A DNA stretch of 64,000 nucleotides from the human T2T-CHM13v2.0 reference genome, Homo sapiens, in the NCBI RefSeq assembly GCF_009914755.1, contig NC_060926.1; one strand, 5' to 3'. Below the pieces are notes generated by a model. The model was not told the origin of the DNA. It saw only the letters and a program-made list of their open reading frames with translations, and did no database searches. This document shows positions 40,681 through 53,378 of this stretch, one piece after another. The translations under genes were made by a program, and so were the position numbers. Every line of letters begins with the position of its first letter. Position 1 is the stretch's first letter.

Positions 40681-40802
40681 GCTCCTAGTGGGTGCGCCCA
40701 CTGCCAACTGGCTCGCCAACGCTTCAGTGATCAATCCCGGGGCGATTTACAGATGCAGGATCGGAAAGAATCCCGGCCAGACGTGCGAACAGCTCCAGCT
40801 GG
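40681..40802 (+). CDS. ITGA4: ITGA4 coding exon 2
   Basis: Acceptor CTTTAG| at 40680; reads LLVGAPTANWLANASVINPGAIYRCRIGKNPGQTCEQLQL (FG-GAP repeat); donor G|GTGAGT; 122 nt, phase consistent. Confidence 0.98.
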
Positions 40803-43050
40803 GTGAGTTGGGTATGGGACCAGGAGTTAGTGACCTCCCGACCCCCCATGTGGACCCCACCATAGGGCAAGTCCTGGAAAGATTCACGTTGCCTGTTACT
40901 TCTGGTTTAAAGAGCATAAAGTTTTCAGTTTCAACTCCATCTCATCTTGCCTCCTTAATATAAAAGGGATTCCCTTTCTGTTAATATCGTTCTCCCTTTT
41001 CCTTATGGCAATGATTGCAGTACTCTGACAACTATGCTAGAGAAATTTCTTATGATACCTTCTCTTCATCTCTCCCCGTCTCTCCGTGTGTAAAGCACAT
41101 TTTAGACTCTCTCAGCGTATTAAGGACAGGATCCAGCTAAGCCAAGACTTGAGAATTTTATTTCCATCTTTGACCTATCAACCCTCTTAAAGAACAGGCT
41201 AAGGAGCATATCAGGAATAGCAATTGGAATTGATCCCATATCCCGTCGTTTAACCTAAAGGCCTAAAAAAAAAAGTGATAGTTTTACTTACAATATACAA
41301 TCTAAAAGAAAAGGAAAATTGGCATCTTCATCGTTAATGTAGTATAATTTTCCATTCCCAAAACCGTCATCCAAAACTCATGTTATATGGGTCCATCTTT
41401 TTGCAGTCATTTCTCAATGTCTCAGATTTGTGACAAGTTGAAAAATGTGTACTGATAGAGGGGAGAAGTTTCATGTTTCAAAGCCAAAGACAAGTTTGTT
41501 GCACACAGGCAAGTGGGGAAAGAAGAAGGAATATTAAATAACAAGACCTATCTTGTTCCAAAGTGTTACTGCTATATATATTGCTTAACTTTTTTCCCCT
41601 TAAAGCAACCCTGGGTCATGGTTGACATTGTTCCTAGTTTATGTATGAGGACTGTGGCTCAGAGTTGCAAATACCTTTTTAAAAGTTACTTAGCTAGTGA
41701 CTGATAGGTGGGAACTAAAGTCAAACTAGGGTCTGAATGCGTCCAAAGTCTAAGCCATTTTCTTCCATGTATGTATCTTCAATGCAAATAAAATTAAGTG
41801 TAATGGTTTAATATGTTGTCTGCTGAGCTGATGGGTCATCTGTAAACGGTGAATAAAATTGGTACTTCTTTATATTTCTTTGCTATAAATGGACTTTTGA
41901 GATTAGTTATTGGATCTTTAACTTCTTTTGTATTTTATAGTAGTCTGCTCTTTTTCAAACTGTGAAGCTGGTTCCCTTCATTCAGATGAATTCAGATAGA
42001 GTATAAACATAATGGAATTTTTACTTTTAACTCAGAGCACCTATAAAAGTCTACGAGTTGTCTGTAGCATGTAGAATAAGCCCTAGCCTCTTGTTAAGCA
42101 TCCTCAATACCAGAAATCACAGTAGGAATGCATAAAACATTCACAGACCCATACATTTTGGAATGATTTTGCAAAGCATAATTTTCATTGCATGAGAGAG
42201 TTGTGGGTGAAGAATTAGGGAGTGGAGCCGACAACTTTGGTCTGCCAGAGGATCTTGGCAAGGTCTCAGGAGGGAGCAATTTTATTTCTGTTGTCCTGTC
42301 ATAGTTTCCTGATCCATGACATTATAACTACTGATATTTAGTGCCTACTTCCTGTCTGGATGGACACTGAATCTATTTCTGGATGTCTGTGTTTAACTGG
42401 ATAAATCATGACATAATACTGTATTAAATTTAAGATAATGCCTGTCAATGGAAGGAAAAAATTGTTTGGGCATGTGTAGCATGGGAGTTGACTGTTCTCA
42501 GAGAAATGTAAACATAGTAGATATGTCATAGATATGAATTAAATGAAGATCTTTTGGATGGATGAATGAATAAAAGTGGAGTGAAAATTTATCAACCTGA
42601 CTGATGAGTAAGATAATTGATTAGAAATGATGAGCCAAACTGATTTTTAACTTTCAAAATTTTGGCCAATCTACAAGGTATTTACTGGGATGAAAGGAAA
42701 AAAGGCAAGATTCCTAGTCAGTCAATGAGTTAAAACATTAATAGTGATAGTAATGCCTTGAGTATTTGCCGAAGAGTTGACTGAAGTTATTTCTCATGTA
42801 ACATTCTAAAGAATACAGATATCTTTTATTCCTCATGTAAAGAAACTGCCTCTCTATTCAGAATAAATTCAGTGGTAGCTTGAAGCTATAAAATAGGGAT
42901 TGAGGCTACAGTCTAGAAATAAAACACTAAAAACAATACATTGGTAATAAAGATAATTTAGGATTCTTAGGTTTGTGGGCTATGCACTATTTTGTATGAA
43001 GAAGTTTCAAGAGTGTGTGTAAATATATATAAGCCATCTTCTGTAGAAGA

Positions 43051-43051
<1 letters not shown>

Positions 43052-43085
<34 letters not shown>
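43052..43085. repeat. (TG)17 microsatellite in intron 2
   Basis: Direct count; flanked by ATCTTCTGTA direct repeats. Confidence 0.97.
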
Positions 43086-43088
<3 letters not shown>

Positions 43089-44275
43089 CTTCTGTATAAA
43101 ATAGCTTCAGTTGTCCTGTTTCAAATGTGGGTGACTCTAATGTTTCAAAAATGCTTAGCTCAGTACTGACACATAATACATTCAAAAAATAGTGGTTCTT
43201 CTTTATTGTTTACTTAAATCTATTATCTGTATGTTATCTGTAACAAGCAGGCTGAGGTTAATAGGGACAATTGATAAACTGAACCAAAAGTTTAAAAATT
43301 AAAAGGTAATACATTAAAAGGTAGAAGTTGAAATGAAACACAATGAGAAATTTTTGTTGGCTGAAGAAAAAAATGTTATAATGATTAAAGATCGATCTGT
43401 GATTGCCATGTCAGTAAGGTATCTTCTTTCCTTTGGAATAGCTTTACTTGCTATCAAGAACCTGAAGGTGTAGGGTCTTCAAATGGTGCCCATCTCCCAC
43501 ACAATTAAAAATATCCACATGGACTAGTCTTTGAGTCTCTGTAGAATTTCAGATCAGTGGTTGATTCAGATAGACTCCTCCCCTCAAAAGAGAAGGTCCA
43601 TATCTCGCCTACCCTACCCTCTGTGGACAAGGTGTCCCATATGGTATATTCATGCCATAAGCAGAAGTGAGCCTGCCTGTTTATCTAGAATGCCCAGGGT
43701 GAGAGACGTTAGGCATGAGATACCCCTTTTAGTCAAGCAAGTTGACTGCAGAGCCAGCACCAAGAGAGTTGCCTGGATAGTACCGCAAGGTGCTTTTCTT
43801 CCTGCATATATATTGTTGGCCTCCTTTTACCTCCCTGACTCCCCAAGAGACATCTCTTCTCTCACTTCTTTTGTACCAGAGGAAAGTGGTCTCTCTGCCA
43901 GGAGGGTCTGGGCCCAGACTTGCTCGTGAAGACTATATCTGAGGAGACCCAGGTGATTTCTACATGTCCACTTTCCACCCGGGCACTCTGCATCATCAGG
44001 CTTGTTTAAAGGAAACTTTAATCACAGCTGGTTCCTAAATTAAGGTGTCACAAATAATGACTCAATTAATATAGTTAAGCATAGTCCATCCATGGACTAT
44101 CAATATTCAAATAGAACATAATAAAACATAGAAATGATTATCAAATTACACTAAAAAGATGGTCTTTATTTGGTTATTCAAATATGTTTCCAGATCTTTC
44201 ATTACTTTGGAGTTACCACTGAAAGCATTATACACACACTAACTCTCATTTGGGTAATAGTCTAAAGTTATACAA

Positions 44276-44592
44276 TTACACTATCCAGTATAGTATCCAC
44301 TAACCACAGGTGGCTTTGAACACATAAAATGTGGCTAGTCAGCGATGAGAGGGCTGTAATGTAAATTACATACTGGCTTTTGAATACTTAGTATAAGAAA
44401 ACTCATTAATTTTTATGATATATATTGAAACAAACACTTTAAAATTATTGATTACATAATATTTTGGATTTATTAGGCGAAATAAAATTTTAGGTTAAAT
44501 AAAATTAATTTTATTTTTACTTTTTTCATGTGGCTATTATAAAATTTAAAATTTCCAATGGGCTTGTATTATATTTCTATTGGACAGCACTG
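44276..44592. mobile_element. MER33-like hAT-Charlie element
   Basis: ATGTGGCTA motifs and terminal TATATTTCTATTGGACAGCACTG. Confidence 0.7.
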
Positions 44593-45369
44593 CTGTAGAG
44601 AAACATTAAGTTCTCTGTGTAAAAATAACGCTATCTCTTTAGGAGATGCTTTCCTGATATTTATGCATAAATGAGTAGAACTTTCACTTTCTTTTCTAGA
44701 CTAAGTGTTCTATAGTTACTGGGCCTTCAAGCTGCCTGCCTGTCCCTCTCTTACAGGAAAGACCCATCTCAAGTTAGTCACCATTACCCATATTTAGATT
44801 TCTTTCTGGAAATTTTATTACCTTAGCCAGCCTCCTGGTTCATATTATATAACCTATTTGAAAGAATTTAATTAGCATTGCATTATTAAACTAATGATTA
44901 CCTAATCCTCACTTCTACTTGATTCATAGGAGTTATTAGCTTAACATTAAATAGCAAATATCTCACTGTTGAAACTTCAAATATGTTTTTCTTGATAACT
45001 TTTTACTTTTTCATTTGCAATGTGCTTTAAATTGTAGCTTATGAAGCTGAGATTGCAGATTGGTCATTTTGAAAAATCATCCCTGAATGAAGGCTGTTAT
45101 ACAATTATGTAGAAAATCAAGACAGAGAGCTTCACTAATAAACTATCAGGTTACCAGAAAGAAGTTTCCTTATTTCCAGCAGTTTCCCAAACTTTATGTC
45201 CCAAAAGGATGAGGTTTCCACCTAATTTGAGAGATGAGGCTTTCTAAATGCACTTTAGTTTTTGCCTTAAGTTTACTTGGTCACTGAGTGATATACCCAA
45301 TGACTTGAAAATATATCCCCTTGGCAACAGTTCTAGGGTCAGATGCTGAAATCCGTTGCACATGTGGGT

Positions 45370-46830
45370 AATTTATCCATTCAGTTGTTCATTGAGGGAT
45401 GCCTAAGGGCCTGAACCTGGGCATACAAAAGAAACATACTCCTTGTCCCAAAGGCTTTAAAGTTTATAAGATAGGTTATTATAGGAAAGTATGGTGAGAT
45501 TTAATCTAGGTAAGACAATAAAGTGATGCATTCCTGAAGAATTGGTGTTCAAGTGGGGGAACTGAAAAATAATCAGAAGTTAGCCAGAGGAAGAGGCTAT
45601 GGAAAAGTTTGCCAGAAAGAGCAAACTGTGTGTATAAAGACCCTGAAGTCTTTGAGAGCACGATGCTTTTGAAGAACTAAAAATTGTGTACAGTTGCACT
45701 ATGGAGTGTGAGCTAAACTGTAGGTTAGAGAGGCAGGCAGGAATTACTTCTGATACAACTCTAAGTATGAATTTACCCTAGGATATTTAAAACTGGGGAG
45801 TGACATGATCAGATTTGTGTGTTTGACAGATTCTCTGGTTGCAGGTTAGTGAATGCTTTGGAGTAACTGGGTCAAGACTGAAGGCAATGAGGCAGTTGTA
45901 GGAAGATTTTGTTATAATTTAGACTACAGATGACAAGTGTCTGTACAAGGACACTGGCAATAGCAGTGAAGAAGAACATGGAGATTCTGAAGGTATTTAG
46001 GAGATAGCACTTGGTAATTATTGAATGAAAGAGATGAGTGAGAATGTTCCAAAGATGTTACTGAAGTTTCTAATTTGGGCTGTGACATGGATGATGATCC
46101 AATATACTGAAAAAGGGAAGAGCAGCAGGTTTTCTGGCAAAATGATGAGTTTCGTTGGCTTGAGATTCCTGTGAGACATAGAAGTAAAAATCTAGTGATC
46201 AGTTCTATGATCAGTTCCATGTATGGGTGTGGTAGACAGTAGAGAGGTCTGTACTAGCAAATCAGAGGTGAGTAATTGACGTAACCCCATTCACCTCCAA
46301 GGCTTTGATTACCATCTCTCTGGGGTAAATAGATCAAATGGCCAATGGCAAATTTCTAAGGATTCCTACAGTTCGAGAAGTGATTAGAATAGTGCTGCTC
46401 AAGTCTGGCTGTAACTTAAATTCTCATGCAGAGCTTTTAACAGTTCTGGTGGCCCATCTCAAACTACTAGAATCTCTGGGGTAAGTCTATAGGGCACCAG
46501 TAGTTTCCAGAGGTCCCCAGATGATTCCAGTATTCATCCATGCTTGAGAACCGCTGGAGAAGAAAAGAGGCTGAAAAAAAGGCTAAGAGGGTGAAGCCAA
46601 AGAGGTAGCAAGAAAAATCAGGTCAATCTGACATTAACCTGATTAAAGGAAGAGAGTGTTTTGAGAAGAGGTGAGTAGTTGGCAGTAGTAAAGGTTGCCA
46701 AGACATCAACCAGGGTGGTAAATTATGAGGTCTCATTAGATTTAGAGAATTAGTTCATTAGTAACCTCGGTAAGACAAGCTTTAATGGTGAATCCACTGC
46801 AGAGGGTTGAGAAGTGAGAAACAATAGCAA
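45370..46830 (-). mobile_element. L2 fragments with nested MER5 (~46390-46556)
   Basis: Antisense L2 text; MER5 end GGTCCCCAGATGATTCC...TTGAGAACCGCTG; approximate. Confidence 0.55.
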
Positions 46831-48269
46831 GCGTCAATAACTTTTAACTGGGTTCTTCCTTCATTAATACATTTTATTGATTACTTATGTATTGGAAATA
46901 CACAGTTGAATAAGGCATGGTTAAAGCCCTTGAGTAACTCAGTTGAGATGATGGGAGAGACAGGTAAATGGACAATTAATTATGAGATAATGTAATAAGC
47001 ATGACAATAGACAGGTACATAGTGATGAGAAGAAATGAATGGGAGAAGGCTTCCTGGAGGAGTGAAATCTGAGTAGTGGACCCAGTTCTGACTGGTTTTG
47101 AAGAGCACATGTAAGGGCTCAATAAATGTGAAATAATTTTCATCTTTTTCACATTTGGGCAAAATCCCCTGGGATTTGCTGCACATTTCAGCCTCATTCC
47201 AAAGTGTCTAGGTCCGCCTTGGGTTCCAAAGACTCATATCAGGTAGTTCAGACAGTAACACCTGCTCCTGAAATAGGGAGCTTGGAAATGACTGTCTTTA
47301 AAAGCAGGGATTTTTAATTTTGAGATTAGCTGGAAACATCAAATTAGAATATGGAAGTGGACATACAGGTGACAGGTCTGGGCTCAGTGTGCTTGTTCTC
47401 AGTTTACCTCTGAGAATTTTTAAAAATCATAGAAAATCTTTTTTATATAAACTATGTAAAACACTATAATTCACAAAAATGTTCAGAAAATAGATTGTAG
47501 ACTTAGTTCTAAAAACCCCTTTTATGGGACTCCTTGTGTGCAGTGGATTAGACATGTTCTTTTGACATTATGCCCTGTGTAGAAAATGCTGGTCAATGTG
47601 CACCATCTGTTTGTGAATCCCTTCAAGGTCTACCTCACCACAATACCAGTCTGTTTTCTTGCGGAAGTTTTCTAGAAGTCATTAGACTACAATCATTTTG
47701 TCTGCCAGTCATTGTCAATATCACATTTTATCCTTTAAACTCTGCCCAGAGAAACGTCCTTTGATATCTGTAACTCCTCATCTCATTCTGATCCTCTATT
47801 GGCCAGGATAATATGATACATTCCTCACTGGTTTTTCTCATGTATTTTTAAGCCTTCCTATCTTCCTGACCTCCTTTAATTCTTTCATTGCTGTCTTTTT
47901 TTCTTTTTCTTTTTCAACCATCCTACCCTGTGGATTCCAAAACCAAGCATGGAACTTTAATACTGACCACCAAGCATATTTCCCTGGAGTATTTTCTGTT
48001 TACATTTTTGTATTTTCTTGTTTCAAAGATAGACAAAGTGGCATCCACACATTAGTGATTGTTTTTCAAATGAATTTTTAAATCCAAGAGATTAATTGAA
48101 AACCATGGAGGTTCAGAATTTTCTTTCCTTATTTTCTAATGTTAGAGGTTTAAATATGCTCTTTTAATAGGTTGTTTCAGAATAGTATAGGTTTATTCAA
48201 AATGTCCATAGTTGAAAATAATGGAAAAGTACTAACAACTAATTGTCTGGCAGCATCAGATGGTGGTTG

Positions 48270-48485
48270 ATAGTGTGAGTTTTAATCCCTTCCTTCCCCA
48301 CTTACAAGTGGTGTGACCTTGGGCAAGTGCTTAGTCATCCCTTGTTTCAGATTCTGCATCCATAAAATTGGGATGATAATAGTATTGTCTACTTCATAGG
48401 GATGTTATGAAAAGTGAGTTAATACATGTCTTTGCATGTATTAAAACTGTGGTACGTAGTAAGCATGCAATAAGTATTAGTAATT
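48270..48485 (+). mobile_element. MIR
   Basis: GTGTGACCTTGGGCAAGTG...CATAAAATTGGGATGATAATAGTA core. Confidence 0.8.
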
Positions 48486-49303
48486 AGAGACTAACTTTCC
48501 CTCTTTAAATTATGCTTACAAAATGTATCAGCTGGGGCACATTTTTCAGCTTTAGTTATTAAAAAGACTTGCGTACGTTTTCTGTGGGATTTTGAAGAAG
48601 TCCTGGCAGAGACCCCAAACCTAAAATCAAACCCAGAAGTGACCTAGTTGTTAGAGTTCTGAGGCCTCATGATGACTCAGGATCAGCCCAGATTTATAAA
48701 ATTGCAACCATAAAGCTTGGCACTACTCTCTGGGGACATTTACCTCTTGAACTCTTTCTAAATAGAATAGAATAAGATAAAAAAAAATAGCTGAAATAAC
48801 TGGCTTTTTCAGGACTACAATTATATAAACTGTTTCTCACATAAATTGAGCATGATTATTGGCCATTGTGAGATTTTATTTAGGCAATATGAAAAGATGA
48901 CATTTAAACACATTTTTTTAAAAAAACATACTTTGAGAATGGTTTCCAACTTTGATGTTTTGCTCTTTTGACTCTTATTCTCCACTAGACTAGCTGGAGG
49001 AAAAGAGTTCTAGAAGTTTAGTACTTTTATGTCCTGTATCACCTCTAAAACCCAAGGATATTTTACTTTCCATCACCCAAAATTATTTTTATTGTAGAAT
49101 TCATAAACATCATTATCTTTTAGAAACATTGCCACCAGGTTTAACTAGATGTGTGAAAAGAGTACATAGTTTAATATAGTCAATTATTATATGAATTAGT
49201 ATTAATGGATTTAGTAAGTATTAGGACTTAAAAGGAAAAACTAAATTAAGGGGCCATTTTAATTAAAAAGCTAAAGACTGCTGATCAATTCTTGCAGCAT
49301 TGT

Positions 49304-49320
49304 GAGCGCCCTCTGCTGGC
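49304..49320 (-). promoter_or_regulatory. CTCF motif in intron 2
   Basis: Minus strand reads GCCAGCAGAGGGCGCTC, matching CCASYAGRKGGCRS, as an isolated GC patch in AT-rich intron. Confidence 0.65.
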
Positions 49321-50279
49321 TCAGTTCAAAGCACCATAATGCACGTACCCTGAGGAGCAGAGGCATTGATTATTTATTGACCACCTACTAGGTGCCAGGC
49401 ATTCTTGCATACACAAGCATAAGTTTTCTGTCATCCTCATAGCCCTGCAATGGTAAATTTTGTCATGTTCTCATATTTGAATTGATTTTCTCACTTTTAA
49501 TATATTTTTCCTAATCTGAAGTTATGTGAGTGAAGGGATTATATACTTTAATTATTGCTTTTATAAAAAATATCTTGAATGAATGACTCTTTATAAAATA
49601 TGGAATTGGAACAAGGGTCATTCATGTTTTAGGATTAAGAAAAACTTTAGAGTGGAACAATTTGAAATGTATGGGTTTTGTCTTACAATGGAATAGAGCT
49701 TCAGCTTAAAAAAAAAAAGACAGTTGGTGGAAGGTAAGGGCTTTTACTGCTTTTCTGAAACTTCACATCACATCATGAGTTTTGAAAGATCAGGTAAGTA
49801 TATATGTTGTCTTAGTAGCCAGAAAGCCAGACTGAGAGCCCCAGTCAAATGTCTGAATTGGTGGGGAAGTGACAGTACGATGACGCAGGTAGATAAAGCA
49901 GGCATTTACTTGCATTAGAAAGTCCCAAGCTCTCCTAGCCAAAAAGTATTTCACTAGCACTGTCAAAAGTTATATAGAAAGAAGACCTTAGAGTCTGACC
50001 TTTTCCCTGGTCCTTCTTTCTTTAGTGGAAATGCCAAAATACTGAGAACCATTCTAAATGGAGGAAAAGAGCAGGGCAAGATAGGGAACAAGTAAGTGAC
50101 CTTTTTCTTGAACAAGTGAAAGTCGATTGTACAGTCTGTGGGCATATTTGCTATATTTTATATATTTTCAGCTAAAAGCTTCAGAAAGTGGAATAGATTT
50201 CAGTTAATTCATATGTCTGGAATATTTCTAGAGTTCTATGCTATAGAGTGAAATAACTTAGAGATCAAAGATGCTATTT

Positions 50280-50420
50280 TTTAATTCTAATCTTTCCACT
50301 TACGGATTTGGGCAAGTTATTTGATTCCTTTAAGACTCAATTTTCTCTTCTGTAGGGTAGGATTAATAATACAGCAATCCTCTGCTACTACTGTGGTGTA
50401 AAATGAGTTAATGTGTATGA
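50280..50420 (+). mobile_element. MIR fragment
   Basis: TTGGGCAAGTTATTT...CTCAATTTTCTCTTCTGTA core. Confidence 0.6.
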
Positions 50421-51863
50421 TTACAGTTCCCCAATAATGATATGCCACATATATTTTATGAGCCAGGTTATATGCTGCATTGCATGTGCAGCTTAATATG
50501 CTTACATTAATCTTTAATATGATGATGCCAATGGCAACTAACATTTGCATGTTTTCGCTGCCAGGCTGTCATCCAAGCACGTCACACATATCTCATTTAC
50601 TCCACAGTCCTTGCAGAAACCCTCGGAGATAGGCATCTTCTGAGGACCCCAGCTGATTCTGTCTTAAGTCATCCCACTCACAAATCATCCTTTGTAAAGA
50701 TCTTCAAACTCAGAGACTGTTTCCTTTCAGACCATCTGTTACTGTCTTAAAATTGAAGAAAATAATATTTTGGAAGAGAAGTAGGGGAGAATCATAGTAA
50801 AGAGAAAAGACCTCTCCAAAGCTTAGATCTCTGAGAGTTTGGTGATAATTATGCAGTAGTACATTCTAGTAAAGGATTTTTTTGTGGTGATATAATGTAT
50901 TTCAAAATTCCCTCCCTCATACATACTGAGTTCCTGCCTACTGCATGTAAGGCACTATCTTGAGCTGTGGGAATGCTGCTGTCAACAAAAGTCAATCTGC
51001 CCTCATGGAGGTGACATACAAGGTCAAATATCTAATCTCCCATAGTCCCTGTCACACTTGGAGCAATGACACTAAAACTGGTGATATGAATAAGAATGAA
51101 AGGGGGAGGAGTAAAGAATGTATTTAACTAGCTTTGTAGTATTTCTTTGATCAAAATTCCTGTTCATTTGCATTTATATACACATTTATATATGCTGATA
51201 CGCATCAGTAGGAAGAAATAAACTGTAGTAAGCATGCATTTTTACATTTTCTTTCCCAAATTAAAAAAAATAGGAAAGAGAAAGGCTTAAAAGGAGATGG
51301 TTTTTAATGTGGCTTTGTTTTTTAAATATCTAGTGGAAAAATGCATTCAACTGTGGAAAGAATTAGTCATTCTAGTTGTTTAAAAGCAGGGAAAATTATC
51401 ACCATGTTAATTTCTGCTGACCTCTTTTATGTTAAACCATGTAAAGTACTTTTTCAATTATGGAGCTGATTTGATTTACTAAGAGTTTAGATGAGTAATT
51501 TATGAACTGAATTGAAAACCAGATTATAAATCACTTCAGCCTGACATTTGGATAAAATATAATCTGAGGTTGTTTATGGTGTTCTGTCAGAGAAATTCAT
51601 GAGAATTAGCTCTCATGGCAGTTCTAATAATCGTCATTTTTGACCAACTTAGAAATATTGTATTTCTACCCAAAGACAATTTGCTTAACATTTGATATTT
51701 CAATAGGTAACTAAACAAAGGGGGAACAAAGGATATTACTTTTATTTTTAAAACAGTAGGTTTTTAAATAATACAAGAAAAGGCATAACCATCTGTTAAT
51801 ACATCAAGCTTGTCCATGTGGTCCAGGATGGCTTTGAATGCTGCCCAACACCAATCCGTAAAC

Positions 51864-52559
51864 TTAGAATGGCGATCATTAAAAAGTCAGGAAACAACAG
51901 GTGCTGGAGAGATTGTGGAGAAATAGGAACACTTTTACACTGTTGATGGGACTGTAAACTAGTTCAACCATTGTGGAAGACAGTGTGGCGATTCCTCAAG
52001 GATCTAGAACTAGAAAATACCATTTGACCCAGCCATCCCATGACTGGGTATATACCCAAAGGATTATAAATCATGCTGCTATAAAGACACATTCACATGT
52101 ATGTTTATTGCGGCACTATTCTCAATAGCAAAGACTTGGAACCAACCCAAATGTCCATCAATGTAGACTGGATTAAGAAAATGTGGCACATATACACCAT
52201 GAAATACTATGCAGCCATAAAAAAGGATGAGTTCATGTCCTTTGTAGGGACATGGATGAAATTGGAAATCATCATTCTCAGTAAACTATCACAAGAACAA
52301 AAAACCAAACACCGCATGTTCTCACTCACAGGTAGGAATTGAACAATGAGAACACTTGGACACAGGAAGGGGAACATCACACACCGGGGCCTGTCGTGGG
52401 GTGGGGGGATGGGGGAGGGATAGCATTAGGAGATATACTTAATGTAAATGACGAGTTAATGGGTACAGGACACCAACATGGCACATGTATACATATGTAA
52501 CAAACCTTCATGTTGTGCACATGTACCCTGGAACTTAAAGTATAATAATAAAAAAAAAA
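51864..52559 (+). mobile_element. L1PA4-like 3' end
   Basis: ORF2 C-terminus and 3'UTR with G-rich tract, ending TATAATAATAAAAAAAAAA. Confidence 0.95.
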
Positions 52560-52756
52560 GATATAAATGTTGGCAAGAATGTGGAAAAATGGGGAACCCT
52601 TGCCCACTGTTGATGGGAAAGTAAGTATAACTATAATGGAAAATAGTATGGAGATTCCTCAAAAATTTAAAAATAGAACTATTACAAGACTCAGCAATCT
52701 CACTGAAGGTATATATCCAAAGAAAATAAAATCAATATGTCAAAGAGGAAAAAAAA
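52560..52756 (+). mobile_element. Old L1M ORF2-end fragment with AATAAA and A8 (likely transduced)
   Basis: Diverged L1M text lacking a 3'UTR, directly after the L1PA tail. Confidence 0.75.
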
Positions 52757-52894
52757 TATGAGATTTTCTTGCAATTTTTTTTTTAGCTGATCAGTTATCA
52801 TTAGTGTCAGTGTACTTTACGTATGGCCCAAAACAATTCTTCCAGTATGGCCCAGGGAAACCAAATATTGGACACCCCTGAGCTACATTGTAGA

Positions 52895-53076
52895 GCTATT
52901 GTTCACAAGCCCAACCATATGCTACAACTACCTGGGGGGCTTCAAAAAAATTCTTATGTCTGGTTCTTAACCCAGACATGTCAAGTCTGAGCCTCTAAGA
53001 GTGGGGCCCAAGTGGAGGTACTGGTTTCAAACTCCCTTCAGTTGATTCTAACGTCCAGTCAAGGCTGAGTACTGAG
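52895..53076. mobile_element. MER5-type fragment
   Basis: ...GTGGGGCCCA...TTGATTCTAACGTCCAGTCAAGGCTGAG; approximate. Confidence 0.5.
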
Positions 53077-53209
53077 TGGAAAAGGAGTGGACTCAGGATC
53101 ACACAGGTTAAGGGAGAAAAGCTTTGGAGAAGGCCATGATCACAAGCTGATCATGTAGCAGTCTTACTTCTTCTACCAAGATTCCGCAGGCACAACAAAA
53201 GAAAAGAGA

Positions 53210-53378
53210 AGCTGGGCATGGTGGTGGGCACCTATATCCCCAGCTACATAGGAGGCTGAAGTGGGAGGATTACAAGAGCCCAGGAGTTTGAGGCTGCAGT
53301 GAGCTATGATCACGCCAATGCACTGCAGCCTAGATGACAGAGTGAGATCCTATCTCCCTAAAAAATAAAAAGAGAAAA
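53210..53378 (+). mobile_element. Alu right monomer (FRAM/AluJ)
   Basis: GGAGTTTGAGGCTGCAGTGAGCTATGATC with A-rich tail. Confidence 0.85.

Larger units (their letters stand above)
39530..40860. promoter_or_regulatory. ITGA4: CpG island over ITGA4 5'UTR, exon 1, intron 1 and exon 2
   Basis: Abrupt rise in GC and CpG density relative to the AT-rich flanks; boundaries approximate. Confidence 0.93.
51805..52880 (-). mobile_element. MER30 (hAT) split into 51805-51865 and 52757-52880
   Basis: Termini CAAGCTTGTCCA... and ...TTGGACACCCCTG; halves are collinear; partial 8-bp TSD TAATACAT/AGCTACAT. Confidence 0.85.

Noticed and set aside
43531-43929. 132-aa intronic ORF (and 129-aa ORF at 7334-7723)
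   Set aside because: Non-ATG starts, no recognisable homology; the second runs into an LTR.
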